Translations under genes and position numbers: made by a program | Shown here: piece after piece, positions 31,891 through 41,541 of the stretch | Numbering within the stretch: the first letter of the stretch is position 1 | Layout: the number at the start of each line of letters is the position of its first letter | NCBI GenBank assembly: GCA_963701665.1 | Contig: OY969622.1 | Span: 1,056,001 to 1,120,000, forward strand | Origin: Candidatus Babeliales bacterium | GTDB taxonomy: Bacteria > Babelota > Babeliae > Babelales > JANWKD01 | Length of the DNA: 64,000 nt | Reading direction: 5' to 3' | Notes under the pieces: model-generated | What the model saw: only the letters and a program-made list of their open reading frames with translations | Databases searched by the model: none | What the model was told of the DNA's origin: nothing

Positions 31891-31974
31891 GGTAAGTGAG
31901 AGAATAGGTTCAATCCTATCTCTATACCTACTTTTGAGACCTAGACGCAAAAGAGTAAAAAAAAGGAGTTCATA

Positions 31975-32187
31975 ATGTCAAAGCATAATAATAATAAGCA
32001 TCAAGGCGGTCAGCAAAATCCGCATGAAAAACAGGCTGAACAAGGAAGAAACCATAACCCTGGTAAGCATAACCAAAACCCACAAGGTCAACACCCAAAA
32101 CATGAAGGTCACAAACCTCATGAAGGTAATAAACAACATGAAGGCAACAAGCAAGGTCAGAACCAAGGTAATTGGGAAAAAAAGTAA
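31975..32187 (+). CDS. His/Gln/Asn/Gly/Lys-rich hydrophilic microprotein (70 aa)
   Basis: Strong AAGGAG RBS; 10 His; HEG[HN]K repeated three times; almost no hydrophobic residues. Confidence 0.8.
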   Translation: MSKHNNNKHQGGQQNPHEKQAEQGRNHNPGKHNQNPQGQHPKHEGHKPHEGNKQHEGNKQGQNQGNWEKK

Positions 32188-32199
32188 AACGGTCTAATG

Positions 32200-32245
32200 A
32201 GTAGGTAATAATAAATTTTTGTTATTACCTATTTCCTATTTTTTT
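32200..32245 (+). terminator. Terminator-like hairpin between the two microprotein genes
   Basis: TAGGTAATAA/TTATTACCTA stem followed by a T-rich tract. Confidence 0.55.
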
Positions 32246-32263
32246 AAAAACCTGGAGAATACG

Positions 32264-32368
32264 ATGAAATTCTTAATTTTTCATAAACCTGAAGGCTGTA
32301 AATGCAACAACTGTAAAAACTGTAAATGCCAAGAAGGTAAAAACTGCGGCTGTTCTTGCTGCAAGTAA
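32264..32368 (+). CDS. Metallothionein-like Cys-rich microprotein (34 aa, 9 Cys); below the ORF-track cutoff
   Basis: GGAG RBS at 32254; MKFLIFHKPEGCKCNNCKNCKCQEGKNCGCSCCK*; followed by its own terminator. Confidence 0.8.
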   Translation: MKFLIFHKPEGCKCNNCKNCKCQEGKNCGCSCCK

Positions 32369-32395
32369 TAACAACATCTTTTAGTAAAAAAATTA

Positions 32396-32431
32396 AAGCA
32401 TTTGTTTGAAAAAACAAATGCTTATTTTTTT
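32396..32431 (+). terminator. Intrinsic terminator after the metallothionein-like gene
   Basis: AAGCATTTGTTT/AAACAAATGCTT stem followed by ATTTTTTT. Confidence 0.7.
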
Positions 32432-32492
32432 AATTACGCAAATTCAATACAGTGAATTTTGCTGCACAAAGGTAACATTGAAAACAAAAATC

Positions 32493-32643
32493 GTCATTGC
32501 GAGCGAATGCGTGGCAATCCAATTATAAAATTAGTTCCTTTAAGGATTTAATTAAAGTTTGGATTCTACTTCGTTAAAACTTCGTAGAACAGGTCCCCCC
32601 ACAGCCCTTCGGAGCTCATAGAGCGAAGTAGGGTCGGGATGAC
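32493..32643 (+). repeat. Palindromic intergenic repeat, copy 6 (core plus two modules in right arm)
   Basis: GTCATTGCGAG...GGATT-[CTACTTCGTTAAAACTTCGTAGAACAGG]..[CCCTTCGGAGCTCATAGAGCGAAGTAGG]-GTCGGGATGAC. Confidence 0.93.
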
Positions 32644-32655
32644 GCGAGATTCGCG

Positions 32656-33642
32656 TCATTTCACTGTTTCGAAAATCTTTTTAACGGTCGCTAAACTTCC
32701 CACAAGTGATGATGCTTCGTAAGGCACGACAATCATTTTATTATCCTTACCTTTTGTCATTTCAGGTAATGCTTTGATATAATGCATCGCAACCATATAA
32801 GGAATTGGGTCCCCTTGCGGCACAGATTTTTGGATCATATCGATCGCCGATGCTTCTGCGTGTGCAATTTTTATACGTGCTTCTGCTTCACCCTGCGCGG
32901 TCAAAACGCGCGCTTGAGATTCGCCCTCGGCACGTAAAATATCAGCCTCGCGCTCGCCTTCTGCTTCCAAAATTGCCGCGCGTTTTTTACCTTCAGATTC
33001 AAGAATGATCGCGCGTCTATCACGTTCCGCACGCATTTGTTTTTCCATGGCAATACGAATGTCGAGTGGCGGATTAACTTCTTGGAGTTCAACGCGGTTG
33101 ATTTTAACGCCCCATTTATCCGTTGCCTCATCCAAAATCAGTCGCAATTTTTCGTTAATAAGATCACGTGAAACGAGGGAACCATCAAGATCCATTGCCC
33201 CGATAACATTACGCAATGTTGTTTGCGTTAACTTTTCAATCGCTTCGGAAAGATTTGCTACTTCATAAACGGCAGATTTAGGATCAGTGATTTGATAATA
33301 AAGAAGTGCGTTAATTTCCATCGTTACGTTATCTTTAGTAATAACATTTTGCTTGGGAAAATCGTAGACCGATTCACGCAAGTCGATACGATTGGTAGAT
33401 TTTGTATAACGATAATAGCGCTTGCCATCACCTTCTGATGTAACGTAGGTCCAATGCACCATTCGTGTCGATTCAATAAATGGCACTACTATATGAATAC
33501 CTGCGCTCAAGGTACGATCATAGCGCCCAAAACGTTCAATAATGATAGTTTCTGCTTGCTTAACTAAATACACTGCTTTTGCAAGCACAATAAAAAAAAT
33601 GAATAACAGCGCAATAAGAATAATGCTAAATTCCAAAACCAT
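32656..33642 (-). CDS. SPFH/band-7 (stomatin/QmcA-like) membrane protein
   Basis: IERFG, QNVITKDNV, TTLRNVIG, WGVKINRVE, MEKQMRAER motifs. Confidence 0.93.
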   Translation of the reverse strand: MVLEFSIILIALLFIFFIVLAKAVYLVKQAETIIIERFGRYDRTLSAGIHIVVPFIESTRMVHWTYVTSEGDGKRYYRYTKSTNRIDLRESVYDFPKQNVITKDNVTMEINALLYYQITDPKSAVYEVANLSEAIEKLTQTTLRNVIGAMDLDGSLVSRDLINEKLRLILDEATDKWGVKINRVELQEVNPPLDIRIAMEKQMRAERDRRAIILESEGKKRAAILEAEGEREADILRAEGESQARVLTAQGEAEARIKIAHAEASAIDMIQKSVPQGDPIPYMVAMHYIKALPEMTKGKDNKMIVVPYEASSLVGSLATVKKIFETVK

Positions 33643-33663
33643 TTCAAGTCCCTTCAAAAATAA

Positions 33664-34107
33664 TTAGTTCGTTTGCTTAACTATGCAGTGGCACCCACGC
33701 ACAGCAACAACTTCCACATATGACCCAGCGTGAATAAGATTATCAGCATGGGCACGTGCTGACCATTCTTCACCGCCAACTTTAATACGTCCTAAAGACT
33801 GTTCTGTAATATCAGTAAGCGCAACCCCCGCTTTGCCCTGCAGCGCAAACATATTTGTTTTTGGCTCATGAGCACGGTTAAGCTGCTTGGTCACCCGTAA
33901 AAAATAATGTAACACAACTACTGCTATACATGTTCCACCGAGCATGCTCACTAACTGGTAAAAAAAAGAAGCTTCAAACAACGTCGCTACTAAAGCGATG
34001 CCTGAACCAATGCTGAACGAAAGAAAGAAGAAAAGTCCTGGATGACCTAGTTCAAGGAGTAAAAAGATAAGTGTCAGCAACAGCCAAGTCATGCAATCGT
34101 AATTCAT
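33664..34107 (-). CDS. NfeD-family protein
   Basis: N-terminal TM helices and OB-fold GRIKVGGEEWSAR; canonical partner upstream of SPFH. Confidence 0.88.
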   Translation of the reverse strand: MNYDCMTWLLLTLIFLLLELGHPGLFFFLSFSIGSGIALVATLFEASFFYQLVSMLGGTCIAVVVLHYFLRVTKQLNRAHEPKTNMFALQGKAGVALTDITEQSLGRIKVGGEEWSARAHADNLIHAGSYVEVVAVRGCHCIVKQTN

Positions 34108-34187
34108 AATAACTCACTTAGGGTTAGATAAATGAACCTAAATTTCCTGCAACTATGCCACATAAGACGCATATTGGAAACAAAGTT

Positions 34188-34286
34188 GTCATTGCGAGCG
34201 AATGCGTGGCAATCCAGATAATAAAATTAATTCCTTAAGGATTGTATTAAAGTTCTGGATCCCCACGGCTAACGCCTCGGGATGAC
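34188..34286 (+). repeat. Palindromic intergenic repeat, copy 7 (core)
   Basis: GTCATTGCGAG-cgaatg-CGTGGCAATCCAG...CTGGATCCCCACG-gctaacgc-CTCGGGATGAC. Confidence 0.95.
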
Positions 34287-34493
34287 ATTCTTATGTTTAT
34301 AGTAAGTTTCATTGAGAATGTCAGTTTTAAATAGTATAGCAAGTCACAAAAAATTGTAAAAAAAATCATAGATGAAATATACGCTTATAAAGCTGCTAAT
34401 TGCAGATTTTATTTCAAATATTGATTTTGATTTTTTAATTATTGTACTATTTAACTAGGGGAATTATTGACGCTATCACCATTATAGAAAGAT

Positions 34494-34928
34494 ATGATGA
34501 TGAAAATAGTAAAAAATATCATTATTGTTTTAGGGATATTGTGCACTTTTTCGTTACATGCTGCCAAGGAAATTTCGATAACCATTAATAATACGCTCGA
34601 TAAACCGGTAATCGTAAACTGTTATGTTGGCAATCACCCTGATACGGGTGTTTTTGGCATACTCGTTCCGGCTAACACAACAGAAGAACTTGTGTTACCT
34701 GAATTCTATTGGTTTGATAAACACCCATCAAGTGGCATTATCACAAAAGGGCAACGTTCTGAAACAAAACTTGTAGATGTCCTCAAGCATTCGCCCCCTA
34801 CGCAACTTACATTGGTTATTCCAAACGAACAACGTCAATTTGTCACGATTAAACCCGAATCATTAATGATAAAGATTTCACCATCTGGTTCTATCGCTAA
34901 GGTGACTACGCAAAAGGCTCTTTCATGA
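34494..34928 (+). CDS. Small secreted beta-rich protein
   Basis: Signal peptide LHA|A; ITINNT..PV.V motif. Confidence 0.7.
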   Translation: MMMKIVKNIIIVLGILCTFSLHAAKEISITINNTLDKPVIVNCYVGNHPDTGVFGILVPANTTEELVLPEFYWFDKHPSSGIITKGQRSETKLVDVLKHSPPTQLTLVIPNEQRQFVTIKPESLMIKISPSGSIAKVTTQKALS

Positions 34929-35191
34929 AGTTGTTCATACGAATATTCATGATAAGTGCGCTTATTCTTTGCATAACCAACATGCAAGCAATGTCATACG
35001 GCCCCGTTTTCATGGCTGAACAAGATTTATGGGCTCCTAGTGATAGCCCAGCATATCCTTATCCATATATTTATCCGCAAGACTGGGATGATACGATCCA
35101 CATCCAGCCCTTACGATGCAGAAAAGAGCGGAAATACTTTGAACAATGCAGGGCGGAACAAACAAAAGCTTTTAGGCGGGCACCTGAATAA
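34925..35191 (+). CDS. Small secreted hypothetical protein
   Basis: ATGA overlap with the upstream gene; signal peptide MQA|MS. Confidence 0.6.
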   Translation: MKLFIRIFMISALILCITNMQAMSYGPVFMAEQDLWAPSDSPAYPYPYIYPQDWDDTIHIQPLRCRKERKYFEQCRAEQTKAFRRAPE

Positions 35192-35271
35192 GCAAAGAAT
35201 CATTCGACAATCGATAAATTTTTTTTTATTGTTAGTTGTATAATCGTACAAAATATATAACAATAAAAATC

Positions 35272-36198
35272 ATGAACAAGCATTTTTTTTACAGCCTTCT
35301 GCTTATATTTACCTTGGTTGTAAGTTGCCGTTCAATCAACCTTGAAAGATGCTATTTTATCTATGGCAACGAATGCCCTCAAGCAGCCAAGCCTCTAAAA
35401 AATAGTTCGCAAAAAGGCCCTTGGATTACAATTTGGGTACATGGAACGCGCGCGTTTTTTTCACGCTATTTTTTCCAGAATTTCTTTTATTGTATTCCCG
35501 GCCTTAACGCCGCAGAAAAATTTGATAAACGGTATCATTTACGTTCAATTGCTGAGTTATTAAGCACGCAAGCGCCCGAACTTTTCTCCTTTGACACCTT
35601 TTATTTTTTTGGGTGGTCGGGGAAACTCAAACATAAAGGCCGCCTTAAAGCCGCGCAAGATCTTTTTAATGCTATTCATCTCGTGATAAAAAATTATGAA
35701 AGCACGTATAATGAAAAACCACGTATTAGAATCATTACCCACAGTCACGGCGGTAATGTTGCCCTAAACATGGCGCATATACAACAAGGCTGCAATCAGC
35801 TTATTATTGATGAACTTATCTTACTAGCATGCCCGATACAAGAACAAACTGTGCATTATGCTCATGATATATTATTCAAAAGAATTTATGCGCTCTATTC
35901 GCGCAGCGATAGCATTCAAGTTATGGATCCACAGGGATTTCATTATTGGCGCAGAAAGCATAAAATGCTCAAACCACCGACATTTTTCTCTGGGCGTTGT
36001 TTTCCAAAAGAATGCGCAAAAGTACAGCAAGTTGCTGTGCAATTAAATGGTAAAAATCTTATGCATATAGATTTTCTGTTTCATAAATTTTTGAAATTTT
36101 TACCCGATATTGTATATCGACTCAGAGAGTGGCGTAAAAAAGAAATAGATCAAAAGCCGACCGTCATTTCAATTACCACCAAAACTACATCACGCTAA
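35272..36198 (+). CDS. Alpha/beta-hydrolase-like putative lipoprotein
   Basis: Lipobox-like LVVSC; WVHGT, FGWSG, ITHSHGGN nucleophile elbow, LLACP. Confidence 0.78.
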   Translation: MNKHFFYSLLLIFTLVVSCRSINLERCYFIYGNECPQAAKPLKNSSQKGPWITIWVHGTRAFFSRYFFQNFFYCIPGLNAAEKFDKRYHLRSIAELLSTQAPELFSFDTFYFFGWSGKLKHKGRLKAAQDLFNAIHLVIKNYESTYNEKPRIRIITHSHGGNVALNMAHIQQGCNQLIIDELILLACPIQEQTVHYAHDILFKRIYALYSRSDSIQVMDPQGFHYWRRKHKMLKPPTFFSGRCFPKECAKVQQVAVQLNGKNLMHIDFLFHKFLKFLPDIVYRLREWRKKEIDQKPTVISITTKTTSR

Positions 36199-39100
36199 TT
36201 TTGCACGAAGTTCACCGATACGAGCTAATTGATCGTTATTAAGTACCAATTGTTGTATACTCTTCTCAGGATCGTAAACTTCAAAAAGTTTATTCGATGC
36301 ACTTTCTATGGCGTCCAATGTATCTAAAATTATAGCTTTAGAATCGGTAAATCCTCCAGAAGACCAAAATGCTTCATCTTGAGCAAGATTATAAAGTTTA
36401 TTGGCGTTATCCAATAACCAATCAACCAAAGATTCAATATCTCGCTTATGTTGCATAATTCCCAGCTGTGTGGTTCTGTTTGTATTTCGATCAAGTTTTT
36501 TTGTAGTATAAACATCCCTAAAAGCCAGATTACTTAAACAATCATTAATTGTCTCTTCATGGTTGTGATCTACAACTTTTTCAAAATTACGAGTAAAAAG
36601 TACTTGCATAAAATCATTAAAAACGGTTTCAGTTTCGATGCTCGCATAAGAATTTGCGAGGGTATAGGAGCGTTTTCCATTTTTCTGTTCAATATAGAGC
36701 GCTATATAATGCCCATCTCTGTGGCCACTCAAAAAATGATTCTCACTATTTTTACAATCATTGAGAATAACTGCAAATTTGCAATCGTTACCTGAGTTTA
36801 ATTCCTTTTGTATAGTTGCTATGTTTCGTGCTTCATTGAGATTAATTGTTCTATTACCTTTTAAATAACATGACAAATCAGTAATAAAAAATAGTTTTTC
36901 TTCTTGCCCGATGAGCCGAATTAGTCGTTGTTCTTCCTGGGAATCAAGCCATTGACAGTTTACCGTATCTAACTCCTTATCATCATCTCGTATTCCACTC
37001 ATAAGGGTTGCTATAGCAACATCATCATCTTCATCCAATTCTTCCCCAGCCTGCAACTTGGCACATTTTCTTTTTTGCGCAAGCCGCATCTTTTGAACAT
37101 ACAATCTGAGCTCTTCAATGCGACTATTTGTGTAATCAGGGTCTTCATCGTATAAGCTTATGCCATTGAGAATCGCATAAAGACCACATTCTGCACCGCG
37201 CTGTTGATTAAATATTTTTTTAACATTCCTATAGAGAGGTAACGTAACATGATCTTCTAATTCTGGTGTTCGACAGAAATTTCTGAAGGATAAAATTTTA
37301 CCCGTCCTTGAAGATTCATTGTCACGCTTCTTAGGTGCAATAGCAAATGCAAATAACGGTTCATATCCAGCTAAGATTTTTATTTTTTGTTCTAATAGAG
37401 GGTCAGTAATATAAGAATCGTTATTATTATATTTTTGCTTTAAGGTTTGAATCTGCTTCGATTGTTGTAGCTTCCTAATAGCTTCTTCAAGATTAGCCAC
37501 GACTACGTCAACCTCTTTTAACTCTGAATCAGATTTATGAAACCACCATTCATAATAATAGAATTGAATGCATGAAAAAATCGTAGAAAAAAAATCTCTA
37601 GCTTTACTAAAAACTCTCTGGCGTCCAGTTTCAGTAGCCTTTTTTTGAAAATATTGTTTCTGTTGAGATAGTTTTTCCCTTTTACGTAAAAATTCCTCAC
37701 GCTGTTTCTTTGAATCATCTAAAGCATTAATATAAGGTTCTGCTTCTCGATTTAATTGTGCTCGTAACAAAAATAAACATATTTGATCAGGTAAAAGTTC
37801 TAATACAGCCATTTCTTCAAATACTTTTGGCATAACCTCCTGAAATACATATTTTCGATCTTGTATAAAATGATATAGTTCAGGCTTAGTTTCACGTTCA
37901 GATCCGCATAAGTAATCTTCAGGCGCATGGTATAATCTTGATAGTTTTAAAGCAGCGTCATTCTTTTTTAATTCTTTTTCGAGTGCCTTATCAGAAGAAC
38001 TTTTTTCCTCTACGGGGAATAGGGGAAGTGGATTTATCGGAAACAAGCTGAAAATGGATTTAAAATCTAATCTCTTCGGATTTTCATGAGTTGGCTTATT
38101 GTTTTTTTGTTCTGGCAAACGGTCTTTTTCAGTACCTTCATCCGATAGCACATCAAATGTCTTTCGTCTAAACTTTTCATAAGATAGCTCATCACGCCAA
38201 TTTTCGGAAATCTTATCACCCATTCTATTCTTTAGAATATTATTAATATATCTGTTCAGAAAATATCTTGGCAGCTTGGTATCTTTTTGCTGTTTATATC
38301 TATCACGCAGATGTAACATATAGAACTCACATTCCTTCCCCAATCGTACCGCATTCGTATTGCTCGGAGATTCCTGCACTTTTTTGGAAACAAAAAAACT
38401 TGTACCTAAAAGCAGTGTATCGCGAACTAAGCCTAGTCCAAATAAACTAATTGAATTCAATGTTGGATAGTTTTTATTCAAATTTCCTTCCGTATCAAGC
38501 ATTGTATCTACAACACGAGCAACACTTTTGGGAAGAACCTTCGTTACAATTGGTTCAGTCATTAACTGCTTGTGATCATCGACTAAAGTTCTTAAAACTG
38601 CCGGTTCAGTTAATGTTTGCGCTACAGAATGGCTAAGACTAACGATATCTTCAGTAGTAATGCCTCGGGAAGTAGCTTCTTTATCTCGAGCTTCATCTAT
38701 TTTTTTTAGATTTAATGCATCATGGATTGAGTTTAAATGACTTTTTAATTTTGCTGAGACATCAAGTGATTTTTGTTTTTGTTGTTCATCATCATTTAAA
38801 AACAACGTATTTTTTATTCCTTGTGCTTTAAGTAAATTTTCAAGAGATTTTAAATAGAAATCTCTATCTTTTTCTTCTTGCCATAGTCTTAAATAAAAAG
38901 CTGCATTCATAAGTGCATGGTTATGCTGCTGTAACACATGAAAAAAGTTAAAATCAGTTTCAAATTTTTCAGAAACATCTTTTTTGGTGACACCTTTTGA
39001 ATAATCATCTCGTGACCATGAAAGCCCTTTTTCCATTTCATGAAGTTTTTTATCCTTTGAAACATTGCTTTTCCATGGCCTTGCGCCTCTTCTCAAAACT

Positions 39101-39456
39101 CTTTTCCATATTGAAATGGGTTGCTCGCACCTGATATTTGCAATTTTAGTAATGTTACTGCCAATGATATTGGTAGCTTTAATTGACTCATTAAGCTGTT
39201 TTGTAATTTTATCAACTTTAACAATTTCTAGGGTATCAGCCTCTAAAGCTTTAAACATTGTACTAAACGCTGCACGACTATACGCATCAAGACGAGCGAG
39301 GTCTCTCTCGGTTGCAGCAACAGCATTGGTATAGGCTTTTTGTTGGGTTTTGCTCAGCGCCACTTCTTTCATTCCATACGCATAGTTAAAAGAAAGAACA
39401 GCCGCGCAAACACAAGACATGCTACGAATAAAATTTAAATTTGAAAATATTGCCAC
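36190..39456 (-). CDS. Large secreted protein with a predicted C-terminal papain/Josephin-like cysteine protease domain
   Basis: 1088-aa ORF; signal peptide AYG|MK; QQRGAECGLYAILN...GHYIAL...LANS. Confidence 0.7.
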   Translation of the reverse strand: MAIFSNLNFIRSMSCVCAAVLSFNYAYGMKEVALSKTQQKAYTNAVAATERDLARLDAYSRAAFSTMFKALEADTLEIVKVDKITKQLNESIKATNIIGSNITKIANIRCEQPISIWKRVLRRGARPWKSNVSKDKKLHEMEKGLSWSRDDYSKGVTKKDVSEKFETDFNFFHVLQQHNHALMNAAFYLRLWQEEKDRDFYLKSLENLLKAQGIKNTLFLNDDEQQKQKSLDVSAKLKSHLNSIHDALNLKKIDEARDKEATSRGITTEDIVSLSHSVAQTLTEPAVLRTLVDDHKQLMTEPIVTKVLPKSVARVVDTMLDTEGNLNKNYPTLNSISLFGLGLVRDTLLLGTSFFVSKKVQESPSNTNAVRLGKECEFYMLHLRDRYKQQKDTKLPRYFLNRYINNILKNRMGDKISENWRDELSYEKFRRKTFDVLSDEGTEKDRLPEQKNNKPTHENPKRLDFKSIFSLFPINPLPLFPVEEKSSSDKALEKELKKNDAALKLSRLYHAPEDYLCGSERETKPELYHFIQDRKYVFQEVMPKVFEEMAVLELLPDQICLFLLRAQLNREAEPYINALDDSKKQREEFLRKREKLSQQKQYFQKKATETGRQRVFSKARDFFSTIFSCIQFYYYEWWFHKSDSELKEVDVVVANLEEAIRKLQQSKQIQTLKQKYNNNDSYITDPLLEQKIKILAGYEPLFAFAIAPKKRDNESSRTGKILSFRNFCRTPELEDHVTLPLYRNVKKIFNQQRGAECGLYAILNGISLYDEDPDYTNSRIEELRLYVQKMRLAQKRKCAKLQAGEELDEDDDVAIATLMSGIRDDDKELDTVNCQWLDSQEEQRLIRLIGQEEKLFFITDLSCYLKGNRTINLNEARNIATIQKELNSGNDCKFAVILNDCKNSENHFLSGHRDGHYIALYIEQKNGKRSYTLANSYASIETETVFNDFMQVLFTRNFEKVVDHNHEETINDCLSNLAFRDVYTTKKLDRNTNRTTQLGIMQHKRDIESLVDWLLDNANKLYNLAQDEAFWSSGGFTDSKAIILDTLDAIESASNKLFEVYDPEKSIQQLVLNNDQLARIGELRAKLA

Positions 39457-39566
39457 GAAATCCCCATCTTAAAGGCAAAAATTATTGATTGATGATTTTC
39501 AATAACTATGAAAACTATTTCATTCTACTATAAAAAAAGCCTTTAAAATAGGGGCATTAGCGAGTT

Positions 39567-41432
39567 TTAATGTTTTATCATTTCCTGCACCGCCTTAATA
39601 ATCGCGTAGGCATCAATCCGCTCAAATGCCATCAATTCTGCTGGCAATCCTGAACGAGGCAATTTAGTAACGGCCAAAGAGAGTATTTGGATCTTTTCAT
39701 TAACGAGCGCACAGGTAACTGCCTCTCCTAAGCCACCCTCTTTATAATGATCTTCAACCGTAATTATTTTTTTGCCGGCCTTGTTAGCAACCGATAACAC
39801 CGTCTCGCGATCGAGCGGCTTAACGCTATAAAGGTCAATCACCGCCGCGTGCACGCCTTCTTTTTTGAGCGTTTCATGCGCTTTGAGCGCTTCAAACAGC
39901 GTAATGCCCGCGCCGATAATGCACACTTGATCTTGATCACTTTGTTTGACCACGCGGCATTTGCCGATCTCAAAACGCTCGTTATCATCATAGAGGCTTG
40001 GCGTTTCCGCGCGCGTTGTGCGCAAATAGGTAATGCCCGTTGAACGTGTGGCCATTTGGCAAACGAGTGCAGCGGTACTGCGCGCGTCACACGGATAAAG
40101 GATGACGGAATCTGGAATCGCGCGCATCATGGCAATATCTTCGAGGCCCATCTGCGAGGGGCCATCTTGCCCAATTGAAACGCCCGCGTGCGAACCGACC
40201 AGCCTCAATGGCACTCTGCCGATCGCAGCCATGCGAATTTGATCATACGCGCGTGTAAAAAAGCATGCGAACGTGGAAGCAAAAGGAATTTTCCCTCGTG
40301 CGGCCAATCCTACTGCCATGCCAATCATATTTTGTTCTGCGATAAATGCTTGAATAAAACGATCGGGAAATTTATCTGCAAAAAATTCTGCATAGGTAGA
40401 GTTTTTCACTTCAGCATCCAAAGCAACAACATCAGGCATCTGCTCTCCTACTTTCACTAATGCTAATCCGTATGCTTTACGGGTTGCCATAGGAGCATTT
40501 TTAGTATCCAGATGTATGGTAGGCTTTGCATCATGGGTAGCCTTCTTTTTTTTCGCACTTGTCGAAGGTAATTTCGGCGTCCATGTATAATCAGGTTTTT
40601 TTACCGCAGATGCAAATCGCTTTTCTAATTGGCCAAGTATCTTCGGCAATTCTTCTTTAGAGAACGCTTTGCCATGAAAACCGTTTTTATTTTCTGCTTC
40701 TTGAACCCCGTATCCTTTGAGCGTTTTTGCAATGATAATGGTTGGTTTGCCTCGCATTGTTTTTGCATCATCAAGACATTCCATAATGTCGTGCATATCG
40801 TGGCCATTGACAACGAGCGTGTGCCATCCGAATGCAGCAAAACGCTCGACAAAAATGCCGACGTCATGACCTTCCATTGTTTGCCCTGTTTGGCCCAAAC
40901 GATTGCAATCAAGAATACCAATGACATGATCTAATTTATAAAAAGAGGCAAGCTCAGCAGCTTCCCAGATTGAACCCTCAGAAACTTCGCTATCGCCCAT
41001 CATGACGTACGTATAAAAATCAAGGCCATCCATACGCGCGCTCAATGCCATGCCAATGCCAATTGAAAGCCCTTGGCCAAGAGATCCTGTTGCTGCTTCA
41101 GTACGTGAGAAGTTTGGTGTAGGGTGTCCTTCTAAAGGAGAATCAAATTGGCGATACGTCATCAATTCTTTCTCTGAGATCACGCCTAATTCTTTCCAAA
41201 CTCCATACAAAGCGGGGGATGCATGACCTTTTGAAAGAATAAAACGATCATTGTTAGTATTATGAGGATCTTTTGGATCAAAACGCATCGCATAAAAAAA
41301 TAGTGCTGCAACTAAATCCGCTGCTGATAATGCTGACGTAGGATGTCCCGATCCTGCTTTGGTTGTCATTTCTAGTGAAGAAACACGCATGTTGTAAGCA
41401 ACATGTTGCAAAAAATTTTCTAAAACATTCAT
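39567..41432 (-). CDS. tkt: Transketolase (single chain, animal-TKT-like subtype)
   Basis: SGHPTS, LSKGHA, GSLGQG, GDSEVSEG, IAEQNM, GQDGPSQMGLED motifs. Confidence 0.95.
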   Translation of the reverse strand: MNVLENFLQHVAYNMRVSSLEMTTKAGSGHPTSALSAADLVAALFFYAMRFDPKDPHNTNNDRFILSKGHASPALYGVWKELGVISEKELMTYRQFDSPLEGHPTPNFSRTEAATGSLGQGLSIGIGMALSARMDGLDFYTYVMMGDSEVSEGSIWEAAELASFYKLDHVIGILDCNRLGQTGQTMEGHDVGIFVERFAAFGWHTLVVNGHDMHDIMECLDDAKTMRGKPTIIIAKTLKGYGVQEAENKNGFHGKAFSKEELPKILGQLEKRFASAVKKPDYTWTPKLPSTSAKKKKATHDAKPTIHLDTKNAPMATRKAYGLALVKVGEQMPDVVALDAEVKNSTYAEFFADKFPDRFIQAFIAEQNMIGMAVGLAARGKIPFASTFACFFTRAYDQIRMAAIGRVPLRLVGSHAGVSIGQDGPSQMGLEDIAMMRAIPDSVILYPCDARSTAALVCQMATRSTGITYLRTTRAETPSLYDDNERFEIGKCRVVKQSDQDQVCIIGAGITLFEALKAHETLKKEGVHAAVIDLYSVKPLDRETVLSVANKAGKKIITVEDHYKEGGLGEAVTCALVNEKIQILSLAVTKLPRSGLPAELMAFERIDAYAIIKAVQEMIKH

Positions 41433-41488
41433 TATACATTCTCATGTTAATCTTTGAACATAACTATCGCTAAAGTACCAAGCTGCGC

Positions 41489-41505
41489 AAACAAGTGCAA
41501 ACTTC
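41489..41505 (+). repeat. 17-bp direct repeat, left copy (partner at 43028-43044)
   Basis: AAACAAGTGCAAACTTC, exact match. Confidence 0.85.
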
Positions 41506-41541
41506 CAGACATTAAAAATTTTAAACAATGTTGTAGATTTT

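Noticed and set aside
31978..32166. Hydrophobic 62-aa antisense ORF as a type I toxin
   Set aside because: It is the expected complement of CAA/AAC/CAT-rich codons; the RBS and terminator support the plus-strand gene.
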